Shown: piece by piece, positions 24,679 to 33,396 of the stretch
Layout: each line of letters opens with the position of its first letter
How positions within the stretch are numbered: position 1 is the stretch's first letter
From: a virus
Taxonomy: Duplodnaviria > Caudoviricetes
Length of the DNA stretch: 46,837 nt
IMG/VR virus record: IMGVR_UViG_3300048598_000525
Span: 1 to 46,837 of that record
Reading direction: 5' to 3' (one strand)
Made by a program: the position numbers and the translations under genes
The notes under the pieces: model-generated
Told to the model about the DNA's origin: nothing
Databases searched by the model: none
The model's input: the letters and a program-made list of their open reading frames with translations, nothing else

Positions 24679-26049
24679 ATGAAACTTTTTCAAAACCTTT
24701 TCACATGGAAAGGCATGGCGAAAAAGTCGTCCGCAACAGTTCTGGATGATATTGTTCTCGCCCTACGCGGTGCTAGCAGGACGTCAAACAGCGGTGTCGT
24801 TGTCAATTGGACAACGGCGGTGCAAGTCGCTGCCGTCTTCGGGTGTGTTCGTGTCTTAGCTGAAAGTGTTGCGCAGCTTCCGTTGATCTTGAACAGAGAT
24901 TTGGGCGATGGAAACTATCAGGCGGCTAAGGATCACGCTCTTTACAAAATTTTGAAGCTCAAGCCAAATCCTTGGCAAAGTTCGTTTGAGTTTCGCGAGA
25001 CCATGATGTGGCACATGGTTCTTACGGGCAATGCGTTTGCATTTATCAACCGTTTGAGTAATGGCAACATTGCGGAACTAATCCCGGTTCAACCGCAACA
25101 AGTAAACGTCAGGCGTTTGTCTGATTATTCGTTGGTTTATGAAATTACCGATGATTTTGGAAATCGGGCGCAGTTTGAGCAAGATGAGATCCTGCATATT
25201 TGTGGCCCAAGTTGGAATGGCTGGATCGGGTTGGATCCTGTTCGTCTTGCGCGCGAAGCTATCGGCCTTGGCCTTGCAACCGAAGAACATGGCGCGCGGA
25301 TGTTCTCAAACGGCGCGAGAATTGGTGGAGTTTTAGAAACTGAACAAACGCTTAAAAAGGATGTTATTGAGCGGATCCGCGCACAATTTGAAGAAATTTA
25401 CGGCGGACTAGGCAACGCCGGCAAGACGGCGATTTTGGAACAGGCTTTGAAATGGAAGCCCGTGTCTATGAATGCCGAAGAGGCGCAGTTTTTAGAAACG
25501 AGAAAATTCCAGGTCATTGAGATTTGCCGAATTTTCCGCGTTCCGCCCCATCTTGTGTTTGACCTTGAACGGTCGACAAATAACAACATCGAACATCAAG
25601 GTCTTGAGTTCGTTCAATACACATTGATGCCGTGGCTTGTGCGGTGGGAACAGGCGATTGCCTGTCAAATGCTCAATGATGATGAACAAGAAGAGCTTTA
25701 CGCCCATCACGAGCTTGATGAGCTTTTACGTGCGGATATTGTCAGTCGATATACAGCTTATGGAACGGCGCGACAGTGGGGCTTTTTGTGTGTCGATGAA
25801 ATCCGCAAGAAGGAAGGTTTGCCGCCTTTGCCAAATGGCCGCGGCAAAATTTATTTGCAGCCTGTGAATATGGTTGATTCCGCAAACCCTGTCGTTCCGC
25901 AAAATTCAGGCGACACAAATCAAGACCCTAATGGATCGAAAATGGGGCGCGTTATTTCAGGAGCAAACGAAAAACTTATTGTTAGCGCGCGCGACAATTT
26001 AACCACCGTTCTTACTCAGCTTGAACCGACGGCGGATCAAGCACAATAA
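24679..26049 (+). CDS. HK97-family portal protein
   Basis: AVFGCVRVLAESVAQLPL, PNPWQSSFEF, GNAFA, AQFLETRKFQ..EICRIFRVPPH. Confidence 0.95.
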   Translation: MKLFQNLFTWKGMAKKSSATVLDDIVLALRGASRTSNSGVVVNWTTAVQVAAVFGCVRVLAESVAQLPLILNRDLGDGNYQAAKDHALYKILKLKPNPWQSSFEFRETMMWHMVLTGNAFAFINRLSNGNIAELIPVQPQQVNVRRLSDYSLVYEITDDFGNRAQFEQDEILHICGPSWNGWIGLDPVRLAREAIGLGLATEEHGARMFSNGARIGGVLETEQTLKKDVIERIRAQFEEIYGGLGNAGKTAILEQALKWKPVSMNAEEAQFLETRKFQVIEICRIFRVPPHLVFDLERSTNNNIEHQGLEFVQYTLMPWLVRWEQAIACQMLNDDEQEELYAHHELDELLRADIVSRYTAYGTARQWGFLCVDEIRKKEGLPPLPNGRGKIYLQPVNMVDSANPVVPQNSGDTNQDPNGSKMGRVISGANEKLIVSARDNLTTVLTQLEPTADQAQ

Positions 26050-26064
26050 TTCGGAGAAAATAAT

Positions 26065-26733
26065 ATGGCTGAAAACAAATATCTTGCACCCGTCGGGTGC
26101 GAGCTGAAACTTGTTGACGATCAGCAAGGCGTTTTTACCGGCTATGGATCCGTTTTTAATGTCACAGACTTTCAAGGTGACGTCGTAGTTCCGGGAGCAT
26201 TTTCAAAAAGCATTTCCGCTTTGTCGACCAAAGGAAAACCTTTGTCGATGCTTTGGATGCACGATCCAACGGAACCGATTGGCGTTTGGGATGATGTTTC
26301 CGAAGATAATGTTGGCCTAAAGCTGAAAGGACGCCTCGCTCTTGAAACACAAAAAGGCAAGGAAGCCTATGAGCTGATGAAAATGGGCGCCTTGTCCGGT
26401 CTTTCGATCGGTTATCGCGTCGTGGATCGTGAGTGGAAGGGAGATATTCGCCTATTGAAACAGGTTGATTTGCTTGAGGTCTCTCTTGTCACGTTTCCTG
26501 CGAATGATGATGCGCGCGTGACTGGCGTCAAAACGGGAAATGAACGCATTAAAACAATTCGAGAATTTGAGGAGTTCCTTCGGGATGAAGGGGGCTACTC
26601 ATGTGCCCAGGCGAAGGCAATAGCGTCGTCTGGTTTCAAGGCCAAACCGGAACATCGGGATGATGACGGGGAAATCGGCCAGCTGTTGGCGAGCATTCAG
26701 CGCGCCAGCGTGGTTATCAACCCAACATCTTGA
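26065..26733 (+). CDS. HK97-family prohead protease
   Basis: GYGSVF, LWMHD, GLSIGY, LLEVSLVTFPAN. Confidence 0.95.
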   Translation: MAENKYLAPVGCELKLVDDQQGVFTGYGSVFNVTDFQGDVVVPGAFSKSISALSTKGKPLSMLWMHDPTEPIGVWDDVSEDNVGLKLKGRLALETQKGKEAYELMKMGALSGLSIGYRVVDREWKGDIRLLKQVDLLEVSLVTFPANDDARVTGVKTGNERIKTIREFEEFLRDEGGYSCAQAKAIASSGFKAKPEHRDDDGEIGQLLASIQRASVVINPTS

Positions 26734-26742
26734 GGAAAACCG

Positions 26743-28008
26743 ATGAAAAACATGAATGAACCGGATGCTCTGATCGAGCATAAGGACGAAACGGATATTG
26801 GTCAGGTTAAACGTGCCGTCGATGGCATGCTTTCCGCTTTTGACGAATTCAAAAAGGCCAATGACCTTCGTTTGAAAGAAATCGAGAAGCGCGGCGCCGC
26901 CGATCCGTTGATCGAAGAGAAGCTCAACAAAATCCAGGACGCTATGGACGCGGCCGAAGAAGCTAAAAAGGCAGCTTTGGCAGCGGAGACGAAAGCCGGC
27001 CGCAGCCGTTTGAGCGGCGAAAGCAAGGATCTGCCCCCGCAGCAAGCCGAATACAAGAAGGCCTTCGAGAAGTATTTGCGCAAGGGTCATGATAATGGCT
27101 TGGGTGAGTTGCAAGAAAAAGCCATGTCCGTTGGTTCGGATGCTGATGGCGGTTATTTTGTCCTGCCGGAACGCTCGAATGAGATTATCCAGTTGGTTAC
27201 TGAAACGTCGCCCATGCGTCAGCTTGCGACGGTTATCACGATCAGCACGGATGCTTATGAACAGCCGCGCCGTACTTCGCGCGCCAGTACCGGCGGGTGG
27301 GTTTCAGAACAAGGCACTCGAAACCAAACAAGCACGCCGCAGATTGGCATGTTGCGCATTCCCGTGCATGAAATGTATGCGCAGCCCGCAGCCACGCAGA
27401 AAGTTCTGGACGATCATGCTATCGATATTGAAACATGGTTGGGCGGACAGATTGCCGATGAGTTTTCCTTCTTGGAAAACACCGCTTTTGTTGGCGGTAG
27501 CGGCGTAGGCCAGCCTTTGGGCTTTTTGAATGTTGCGTCTGGTACGAGCGGCATCGATCAGATTGAACAGATTGGATCTGGCACGTCGGCAACGGTTACG
27601 ACGGACAGCTTGATCGCTATCCAAGCCGCCTTGAAGGATCCTTATCAGCCGAATGCAACTTGGTTGATGAACCGCCTTGTTAAGCGGAACATTCGCCAGT
27701 TGAAGAACGGAACCACGGGCCAATATCTGTGGGAGCCCGGTGCTTGGGCTGGTTTACCGCAAGGTGTTCCTGACACGCTTTTGGGCAAGCCCGTTGTTAT
27801 GGCAACGGATATGCCCGTTGCTGCCGCGAATAGCTTGTCTGTTGCTTATGGCGACTTCAAGAAGGGTTACACGATTGTCGATCGTCTCGGCATTCGTGTC
27901 ATTCGCGATAATTTGACCACGAAACCAAACATCTTGTTCTACACGACCAAGCGTGTCGGTGGCGGTGTGGTCAATGGCGAAGCGATCAAGCTCTTGAAGC
28001 TCGCTTAA
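26743..28008 (+). CDS. HK97-family major capsid protein
   Basis: Delta-domain coiled coil, DGGYFV, SPMRQ, TLLGKPV, YGDFKKGY.IVDR, KRVGG. Confidence 0.95.
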   Translation: MKNMNEPDALIEHKDETDIGQVKRAVDGMLSAFDEFKKANDLRLKEIEKRGAADPLIEEKLNKIQDAMDAAEEAKKAALAAETKAGRSRLSGESKDLPPQQAEYKKAFEKYLRKGHDNGLGELQEKAMSVGSDADGGYFVLPERSNEIIQLVTETSPMRQLATVITISTDAYEQPRRTSRASTGGWVSEQGTRNQTSTPQIGMLRIPVHEMYAQPAATQKVLDDHAIDIETWLGGQIADEFSFLENTAFVGGSGVGQPLGFLNVASGTSGIDQIEQIGSGTSATVTTDSLIAIQAALKDPYQPNATWLMNRLVKRNIRQLKNGTTGQYLWEPGAWAGLPQGVPDTLLGKPVVMATDMPVAAANSLSVAYGDFKKGYTIVDRLGIRVIRDNLTTKPNILFYTTKRVGGGVVNGEAIKLLKLA

Positions 28009-28036
28009 TTCTCGAACAATGAAAGGAGAAGATCAT

Positions 28037-28414
28037 ATGCGTGATCTTAAAAGTAACATTGGCTTCGACATTTCGCTCGCGTCGGCGGCTCGTACCGCTT
28101 CTGCGAACGGCAACGGCTCTGATCTAAAGGGGTTTGAAGGCGTTGTCGCAGTGATTTTGCCGGGCACCATCACTGATGGTACGCACACACCGAAGCTGCA
28201 AGAATCCGACGACAACGCCACTTTTACGGACGTTGCCGCAAGCGATATGCTCGGCTCGTTTGTCAACATTGCTTCTAACACGGCTCAAAAAGTCGGTTAC
28301 ATCGGCATTAAGCGTTACGTGCGCTTGGTCTCGACAGTAGCGGGAGCAACGACCGGTGGCGTCTATACCGGCATCATCGTCAAGGGCGTCGCCGCGGGAC
28401 GTCCTGTAGCGTAA
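28037..28414 (+). CDS. Putative capsid decoration/cement protein
   Basis: Follows the capsid gene; LQESDD...GYIGIKRYVR motif; AGGAG RBS. Confidence 0.65.
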   Translation: MRDLKSNIGFDISLASAARTASANGNGSDLKGFEGVVAVILPGTITDGTHTPKLQESDDNATFTDVAASDMLGSFVNIASNTAQKVGYIGIKRYVRLVSTVAGATTGGVYTGIIVKGVAAGRPVA

Positions 28415-28436
28415 TTATCCTTGTGGGGATGAGGAT

Positions 28437-28471
28437 AAGGGGGCGAGAGGTTTCTTTCGCCCCCTTTTTTT
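28437..28471 (+). terminator. Intrinsic terminator after the head genes
   Basis: GGGGGCGA...TCGCCCCC followed by a T run. Confidence 0.7.
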
Positions 28472-28482
28472 AAGGATAAGCC

Positions 28483-28785
28483 ATGAAAATAATCATGAAG
28501 AAAACGCTTGATGTGGCTCCCGACGGGATCCACGTCACGACTTACAACAAAAGTGAAGAACACGTTCTCATTGGGGATCGAGAAGAAGACCTTGCATCTG
28601 TGTTGGTCAATATCAAGGCGGCGACAGTTGTTGAGGATGATCCGTCGGCTTCGACCGATCAATCCACGGATGCTGCTGCGGACAAAACCTCTAACGATGC
28701 TTCCGCTTCGACTTCGACGACTGAAACGGCCGCTGAAGTGTCTGGCGAGACGGCTTCGACCGATCAATCCGGCGAGAGCAAATAA
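28483..28785 (+). CDS. Hypothetical protein with a Ser/Thr/Asp-rich tail
   Basis: AGGA RBS; internal 20-bp direct repeat (28646/28751). Confidence 0.55.
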   Translation: MKIIMKKTLDVAPDGIHVTTYNKSEEHVLIGDREEDLASVLVNIKAATVVEDDPSASTDQSTDAAADKTSNDASASTSTTETAAEVSGETASTDQSGESK

Positions 28786-28794
28786 GGTAAAATT

Positions 28795-29436
28795 ATGCTG
28801 ACTATAACCAGTCCTGCGACGAATAGGCACCTAACAACGCTTGATGCGGCAAAAATCGAGCTTGGGCTTTCCGATACTTCGCAGGACTCGGTTTTAGGAA
28901 CGATGATCGATCAAATGAGTAGTTTGGTCGAAACATATTGCAACCGTGTTTTTGCTCTTGAAACGGTCTCGGAAACAATGCGCTTGCCGCAGGGTCGTTT
29001 AGACAGGCCAATTCCAGGCGTGAAGCTGTTACAGCTCGAACGCTGGCCCGTTGTTTCAGTTTCTTCCGTGTATGAAAACGGAACGCTTCTCGATGGATTA
29101 AATTGGTATGTCGATTTGTCATTGGGGCATCTATTTCGCCTTGATGATGGGAAAAAGATTTGCTGGACAAACGAAATCATTACGGTTGCTTATCAGGCGG
29201 GTTATGTATTGCCAGGGGATACGGGTAGAAATCTTCCGGCAGATATTGAGTTGGCGACGCTTGAGCTTATTCGCACACGCTTTTTGACGAAGGGTCGTGA
29301 TCCAACAATTCGGTCTGTAAACATTCCTGGCGTGATGCAAACTGATTATTGGGTCGGCGGTATGTCAGATAACGGAGCCATTCCGCCGAATGTAGCCGGA
29401 ATACTGGATCAATATAGGGTTGTGGGGATGTCTTAA
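28795..29436 (+). CDS. Head-tail connector (adaptor) protein
   Basis: LTTLDAAK, ETYCNR, YQAGY, LPADIE.A, LDQYR. Confidence 0.75.
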   Translation: MLTITSPATNRHLTTLDAAKIELGLSDTSQDSVLGTMIDQMSSLVETYCNRVFALETVSETMRLPQGRLDRPIPGVKLLQLERWPVVSVSSVYENGTLLDGLNWYVDLSLGHLFRLDDGKKICWTNEIITVAYQAGYVLPGDTGRNLPADIELATLELIRTRFLTKGRDPTIRSVNIPGVMQTDYWVGGMSDNGAIPPNVAGILDQYRVVGMS

Positions 29437-29777
29437 TGGACACCACAACCATGATTTCACAGCTTCAAGCCGCTCTTGCTGGCGCGGGCTCTATAGTTGT
29501 TTTGCGCAGACCGGCGAACGGATCCGGAATAGATATTGATGTTTCTGTGTTGGCGGCCATTAGGGGTTATCAGCCCCATGAGCTGATCGGTGGGATTATC
29601 CAGGGCGATCGCCAAGTTGTAATGGGCAATACGGAAATTGAAGCAGCTGGGTGGCCGTTACCGCCCAAGAAGAACGATGTTGTCATTGTTCGCGGAAAAA
29701 CCATGAAGGTAATTGAAGTCGACATTGTCGAGGTTGACTCGACAATCGTTCGTTACAATTTGCAGGTGCGCGGCTGA
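29436..29777 (+). CDS. Head-closure protein
   Basis: Position; IIQGDR; ends LQVRG. Confidence 0.65.
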   Translation: MDTTTMISQLQAALAGAGSIVVLRRPANGSGIDIDVSVLAAIRGYQPHELIGGIIQGDRQVVMGNTEIEAAGWPLPPKKNDVVIVRGKTMKVIEVDIVEVDSTIVRYNLQVRG

Positions 29778-30475
29778 TGGGGATGAGCGCACAAACGTTT
29801 TCCCGCGATTTGAAGATTGCCACGGCTGGTCTTGAACCAAAGGCTATAAAAGCAAAATTGGTTTCAGTTGCCAAAAGCAGTTTGGCAGAAGCACTACAAA
29901 GTGGTGAAGGTTCGCCCGATTTTGTGCGTATTGTGAATGGTGTTGTTGGAGAAGATGAAGACAAGGTCGTTTTGCCGGGCCCAATTGTTTACCAATTCAA
30001 TTGGATTTCGGACGTCGCGGTCTATGCGGTTGCGTTTTTAAAGGCACGATGGAAAGTGATAGGGCCGCCAAAAGGTGGTCATTATCAAACTAGCTTTTTT
30101 GTTCTGGCCGATGGACATGAAATAACGCTCGCTGATGTCGAAAAATATTCAGAAATTGCCATCATTAACGAGCAGCCTTACGCCAGAAAGGTGCAAGTAG
30201 GATCAAAGGGGTTTTCGGTTCCAAAAGGTCTTTTTGAAAATTGTCGGCAATCGATCTTTAGAAAATTTGGAAGCGGTTTGTTCAATGTCGAAGTCAAATA
30301 TGTCACCCTGTCGGGCGGATATGTTTTAAAGGGACGTGCCGGTAAGAAAAAGGCAAAACAAAATCTTCAAAGCAGTGCTTTTAGGGCTGGCCGAGGAACG
30401 CTTGCCGCCAGAAAAGATACCGCTGCCGGACAACCGTTGCGGTATCCGGCTTTAGTCATTAGCGAAAAGAAATAA
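29777..30475 (+). CDS. Neck/tail-completion protein
   Basis: Position; N.QPYARK motif. Confidence 0.6.
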   Translation: MGMSAQTFSRDLKIATAGLEPKAIKAKLVSVAKSSLAEALQSGEGSPDFVRIVNGVVGEDEDKVVLPGPIVYQFNWISDVAVYAVAFLKARWKVIGPPKGGHYQTSFFVLADGHEITLADVEKYSEIAIINEQPYARKVQVGSKGFSVPKGLFENCRQSIFRKFGSGLFNVEVKYVTLSGGYVLKGRAGKKKAKQNLQSSAFRAGRGTLAARKDTAAGQPLRYPALVISEKK

Positions 30476-30477
30476 CA

Positions 30478-30894
30478 ATGTCTTCCGATGTCGTTTACAG
30501 CGCGATTAAGAATTTTCTTACCGCGATTTGGACAGCCGTGCCTTTGGTGTTCGAGAACGAAAACTATGATCTGCCTGATGACCCGTCGCCATATGTTTAT
30601 GTCGAAATAAGCGGCAATCTATACGCGCAGCAATCGATTGGCGCGACATCTTCGGTATCGAATCTATGGCGTGAACAAGGATTGCTTTGGATCCATGTTT
30701 TTGTGCCGTCAGGAACCGGAAGCCTGTTGGCCAGGCAATATGCAAAGCAAATTGCGGATTTGTTCCGAGGGAAAGAGTTGCTTTCCGGCAAACTAATTTT
30801 TCGGGATATTTCAATCGGCATGGGTCAAACAGCGGATGAAGATGGAAATTATTGGCGCCTTTCGGTGAGTATCGAATGGCAAAACGACAACTGA
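30478..30894 (+). CDS. Tail terminator-like protein
   Basis: FEN, G...IHVFVP.G.G, A..IADLFR; precedes the tail tube. Confidence 0.65.
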   Translation: MSSDVVYSAIKNFLTAIWTAVPLVFENENYDLPDDPSPYVYVEISGNLYAQQSIGATSSVSNLWREQGLLWIHVFVPSGTGSLLARQYAKQIADLFRGKELLSGKLIFRDISIGMGQTADEDGNYWRLSVSIEWQNDN

Positions 30895-30905
30895 AGGAGT
30901 GAGGA

Positions 30906-31115
30906 ATGTTTCTAGTTAAACAGGCGTTCAAGACGCCACTGCGTAGCTTTATCGAAGGGCAATCTATTTCAGCGGAAGACATCGACGGACTGTTGTCGGT
31001 CGATCAATGGGTTTCCCTTGGTTTCTTGCAAATCATTTCTGCGTCGACGTCGACAGACCAAGCGGCGTCTTCCGAAACGACCTCGGACACGGCGGCCGAT
31101 AAGTCCAGCGATTAG
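30906..31115 (+). CDS. Small hypothetical protein with a Ser/Thr-rich tail
   Basis: GAGG RBS. Confidence 0.5.
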   Translation: MFLVKQAFKTPLRSFIEGQSISAEDIDGLLSVDQWVSLGFLQIISASTSTDQAASSETTSDTAADKSSD

Positions 31116-31142
31116 ACCGCCGGTTAATCATCATCGAAACAC

Positions 31143-31167
31143 AAGCCGCCTTTTGGGCGGCTTTTTT
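31143..31167 (+). terminator. Intrinsic terminator-like hairpin
   Basis: AAGCCGCC-TTTTG-GGCGGCTT followed by Ts. Confidence 0.6.
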
Positions 31168-31181
31168 ATTGGGGGAATGAA

Positions 31182-32639
31182 ATGTCTGATTCCAATCGGG
31201 TTAGAGTAGCCGTCGTTAAAGAGTCCACGTTTGGTACAACGCCGGCTTCACCTCGCATGCGCACAATGCGCACGACTGGGGAAAGCCTTAAGTATTCACC
31301 AAAATTTTCAAACTCAAATGAAATTCGCGCCGATCGCATGAATGCGGATCCCGTGAAGGTCAATGAAGAAAACCAAGGTGCAGTTAATTTTGAGCTATCT
31401 TATCCTGTCGACCTTTCGCCTTTGAGCGAAACTTTTGCTTCTGGCTTGTATAGCAGCTGGGTTTGCACGCCGTACCGCGATAACGATGGGACGGCCGACA
31501 GCGTTATTACGCAAGTTACGTCTTCCACCGGGGCCGTTACAGTCGCATCCGGCACGTCATTCGTTTTGGGTCATTTGGTTCGGTTTAACGGGTTCGGGAG
31601 CGCTGCGAACAATGGTTTATTCCGTTGTACGACTGGCAGCTCGACCTCACCGATCTTTGTGTCGCAAGGGTTGATTGATGATGCGGCCCCAGCGGCCGCG
31701 GCGCGTATGAAAGTGGTAGGCTTTCAAGGTGTCGCCGCCGACATTACGGCAACCGCGACAGGCTTGGCGTCAACAACGCTTGATTTTACAACGCTTGGAT
31801 TGGTTGTTGGTCAATGGATCAAGATCGGGTCAAGTGCAACGGTTTGCCAGTTTGCTACTGTCGCAAACAACGATTGGGCACGAGTTACGGCCATTGCGGC
31901 GCATGCAATTACACTTGATAATCTGCCGACAGGTTGGGCGGTCGACGCCGGAACCGGCAAGACGATCAATGTATTTTTTGGCGATTATATCCGCAATGGC
32001 ACGACCCGTTCGTCGTTGACGATCGAACGCGGTTTTCTTGATCAATCGGTTCCAACCTACATTGCGCAAAAAGGCATGGTTGTCGGCCAGTTTGATTTGA
32101 AATTTGACACGGAACAATCAATTACCGGCAGCGCGACATTTTCAGGCCTTTCCGGTTCTCAATCGACATCGGCCTTGAGTGCTACGCCAGACGCAGCGAC
32201 GACAAATCAAGTTATGTCGGCCAGCGTTAGCGTCGCGCGCATTGCAGAGGCCGGAACGGCGATTTCGAGCCCGAATTGGAGCAAGTCCCTTTCTTTATCC
32301 ATTAATAACAACCTTCGCAGCTTGGCCGCTTTAGGGGCTGTTGGCGCGGTTGATATGGGTGCCGGCGCTTGTGCGATCACGGGATCGATGGAAACCTATT
32401 TTGGGTCGAATGCCATGCTTCAAAAATTGATGAATGGCACCGTCAGCAACTTAAATGCCCGCTCTGCTAAGAACAATCAGGCACTTGTTTTGACATTGCC
32501 GCGCGTGATGTACACGGACGGCGCCCCTAATGCCAGTCAGCAAAATCAGGATGTGACTTTGCCGTTGAGCTTCACCGCTTCAGTCGACACAACGACAAAC
32601 AGCATGATCCAATTTGATCGTGTGGAATATTTTGAATAA
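31182..32639 (+). CDS. Major tail tube protein with inserted beta-rich domains
   Basis: E.TFGTTP, S.EIR.DR, ITGS.E.YF; position before the tail assembly chaperone. Confidence 0.8.
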   Translation: MSDSNRVRVAVVKESTFGTTPASPRMRTMRTTGESLKYSPKFSNSNEIRADRMNADPVKVNEENQGAVNFELSYPVDLSPLSETFASGLYSSWVCTPYRDNDGTADSVITQVTSSTGAVTVASGTSFVLGHLVRFNGFGSAANNGLFRCTTGSSTSPIFVSQGLIDDAAPAAAARMKVVGFQGVAADITATATGLASTTLDFTTLGLVVGQWIKIGSSATVCQFATVANNDWARVTAIAAHAITLDNLPTGWAVDAGTGKTINVFFGDYIRNGTTRSSLTIERGFLDQSVPTYIAQKGMVVGQFDLKFDTEQSITGSATFSGLSGSQSTSALSATPDAATTNQVMSASVSVARIAEAGTAISSPNWSKSLSLSINNNLRSLAALGAVGAVDMGAGACAITGSMETYFGSNAMLQKLMNGTVSNLNARSAKNNQALVLTLPRVMYTDGAPNASQQNQDVTLPLSFTASVDTTTNSMIQFDRVEYFE

Positions 32640-32652
32640 GGGAGCCGTTAAC

Positions 32653-33048
32653 ATGACAGTCAAAATTGAATCCTTAAGAGCAAACGTCAAACGCGAAACC
32701 GAAGGTGATTGGATTGATATTCCCGATCTCCCTGGCGTACGGCTTAAAGTTCGGTCGTTTCATTATGGGCCATTTCGGATCGCGCGCGATCAACTAAACC
32801 AAAGGTTGGTTCGTAAATATGGACGCGAACCTATTCCGGCCGATGAAGCATCCCGCGAGTATGGGCGTCTTTATCACGAACATATTTTGCTCGATTGGGA
32901 AGGTTTCGATGTCGAGTATGATACCGATATTGCGTTGGATATGTTGCTTGATCCGGCTTATCGAACCTTGATTGGTCACATCGAATATGCCGCAAGCAAA
33001 ATTGCGGCTGTTGAGGCTGAATTTATCGAGAAAACAACAAAAAACTAA
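32653..33048 (+). CDS. Tail assembly chaperone (gpG-like)
   Basis: EGDW, LLDWEG; ends at slippery site A AAA AAC TAA. Confidence 0.8.
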   Translation: MTVKIESLRANVKRETEGDWIDIPDLPGVRLKVRSFHYGPFRIARDQLNQRLVRKYGREPIPADEASREYGRLYHEHILLDWEGFDVEYDTDIALDMLLDPAYRTLIGHIEYAASKIAAVEAEFIEKTTKN

Positions 33049-33386
33049 GGGCGGCGCTGCGCTGGGATCTCGAACACAGCAAAAACGATGAGGCTTGGTT
33101 TAGCAAGCTATCGGAGACGCCAGAAGCAGCGCCCTACATTCAAAACCTTATACGGCCGGAAGAAGCAAGATGGCCGGATTGGGCTGATCTATATAGGTTC
33201 GCATGGGGTGTTCTTCAAAATGATCATCCTTATGGGGCATTAGGTGGCGTTCTTCCTCTTCCGTTTTCTACGATCGATGTTTTTGCACGACGCTTTCAAA
33301 TCGAAGGCGAACATTTCGACAGGTTTTGTTTTTTGATCATGGAAATGGACAGCGAATATATCGCATGGGCCAACAAGAAGAAATGA
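33045..33386 (+). CDS. Tail assembly chaperone extension (gpT-like), expressed by -1 frameshift
   Basis: Start-less -1 frame LRAALRWDLE...PLPFSTIDVFA...MDSEYI..., ending just before the tape measure gene. Confidence 0.75.
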   Translation, partial: LRAALRWDLEHSKNDEAWFSKLSETPEAAPYIQNLIRPEEARWPDWADLYRFAWGVLQNDHPYGALGGVLPLPFSTIDVFARRFQIEGEHFDRFCFLIMEMDSEYIAWANKKK

Positions 33387-33396
33387 CGGTGGTTAG

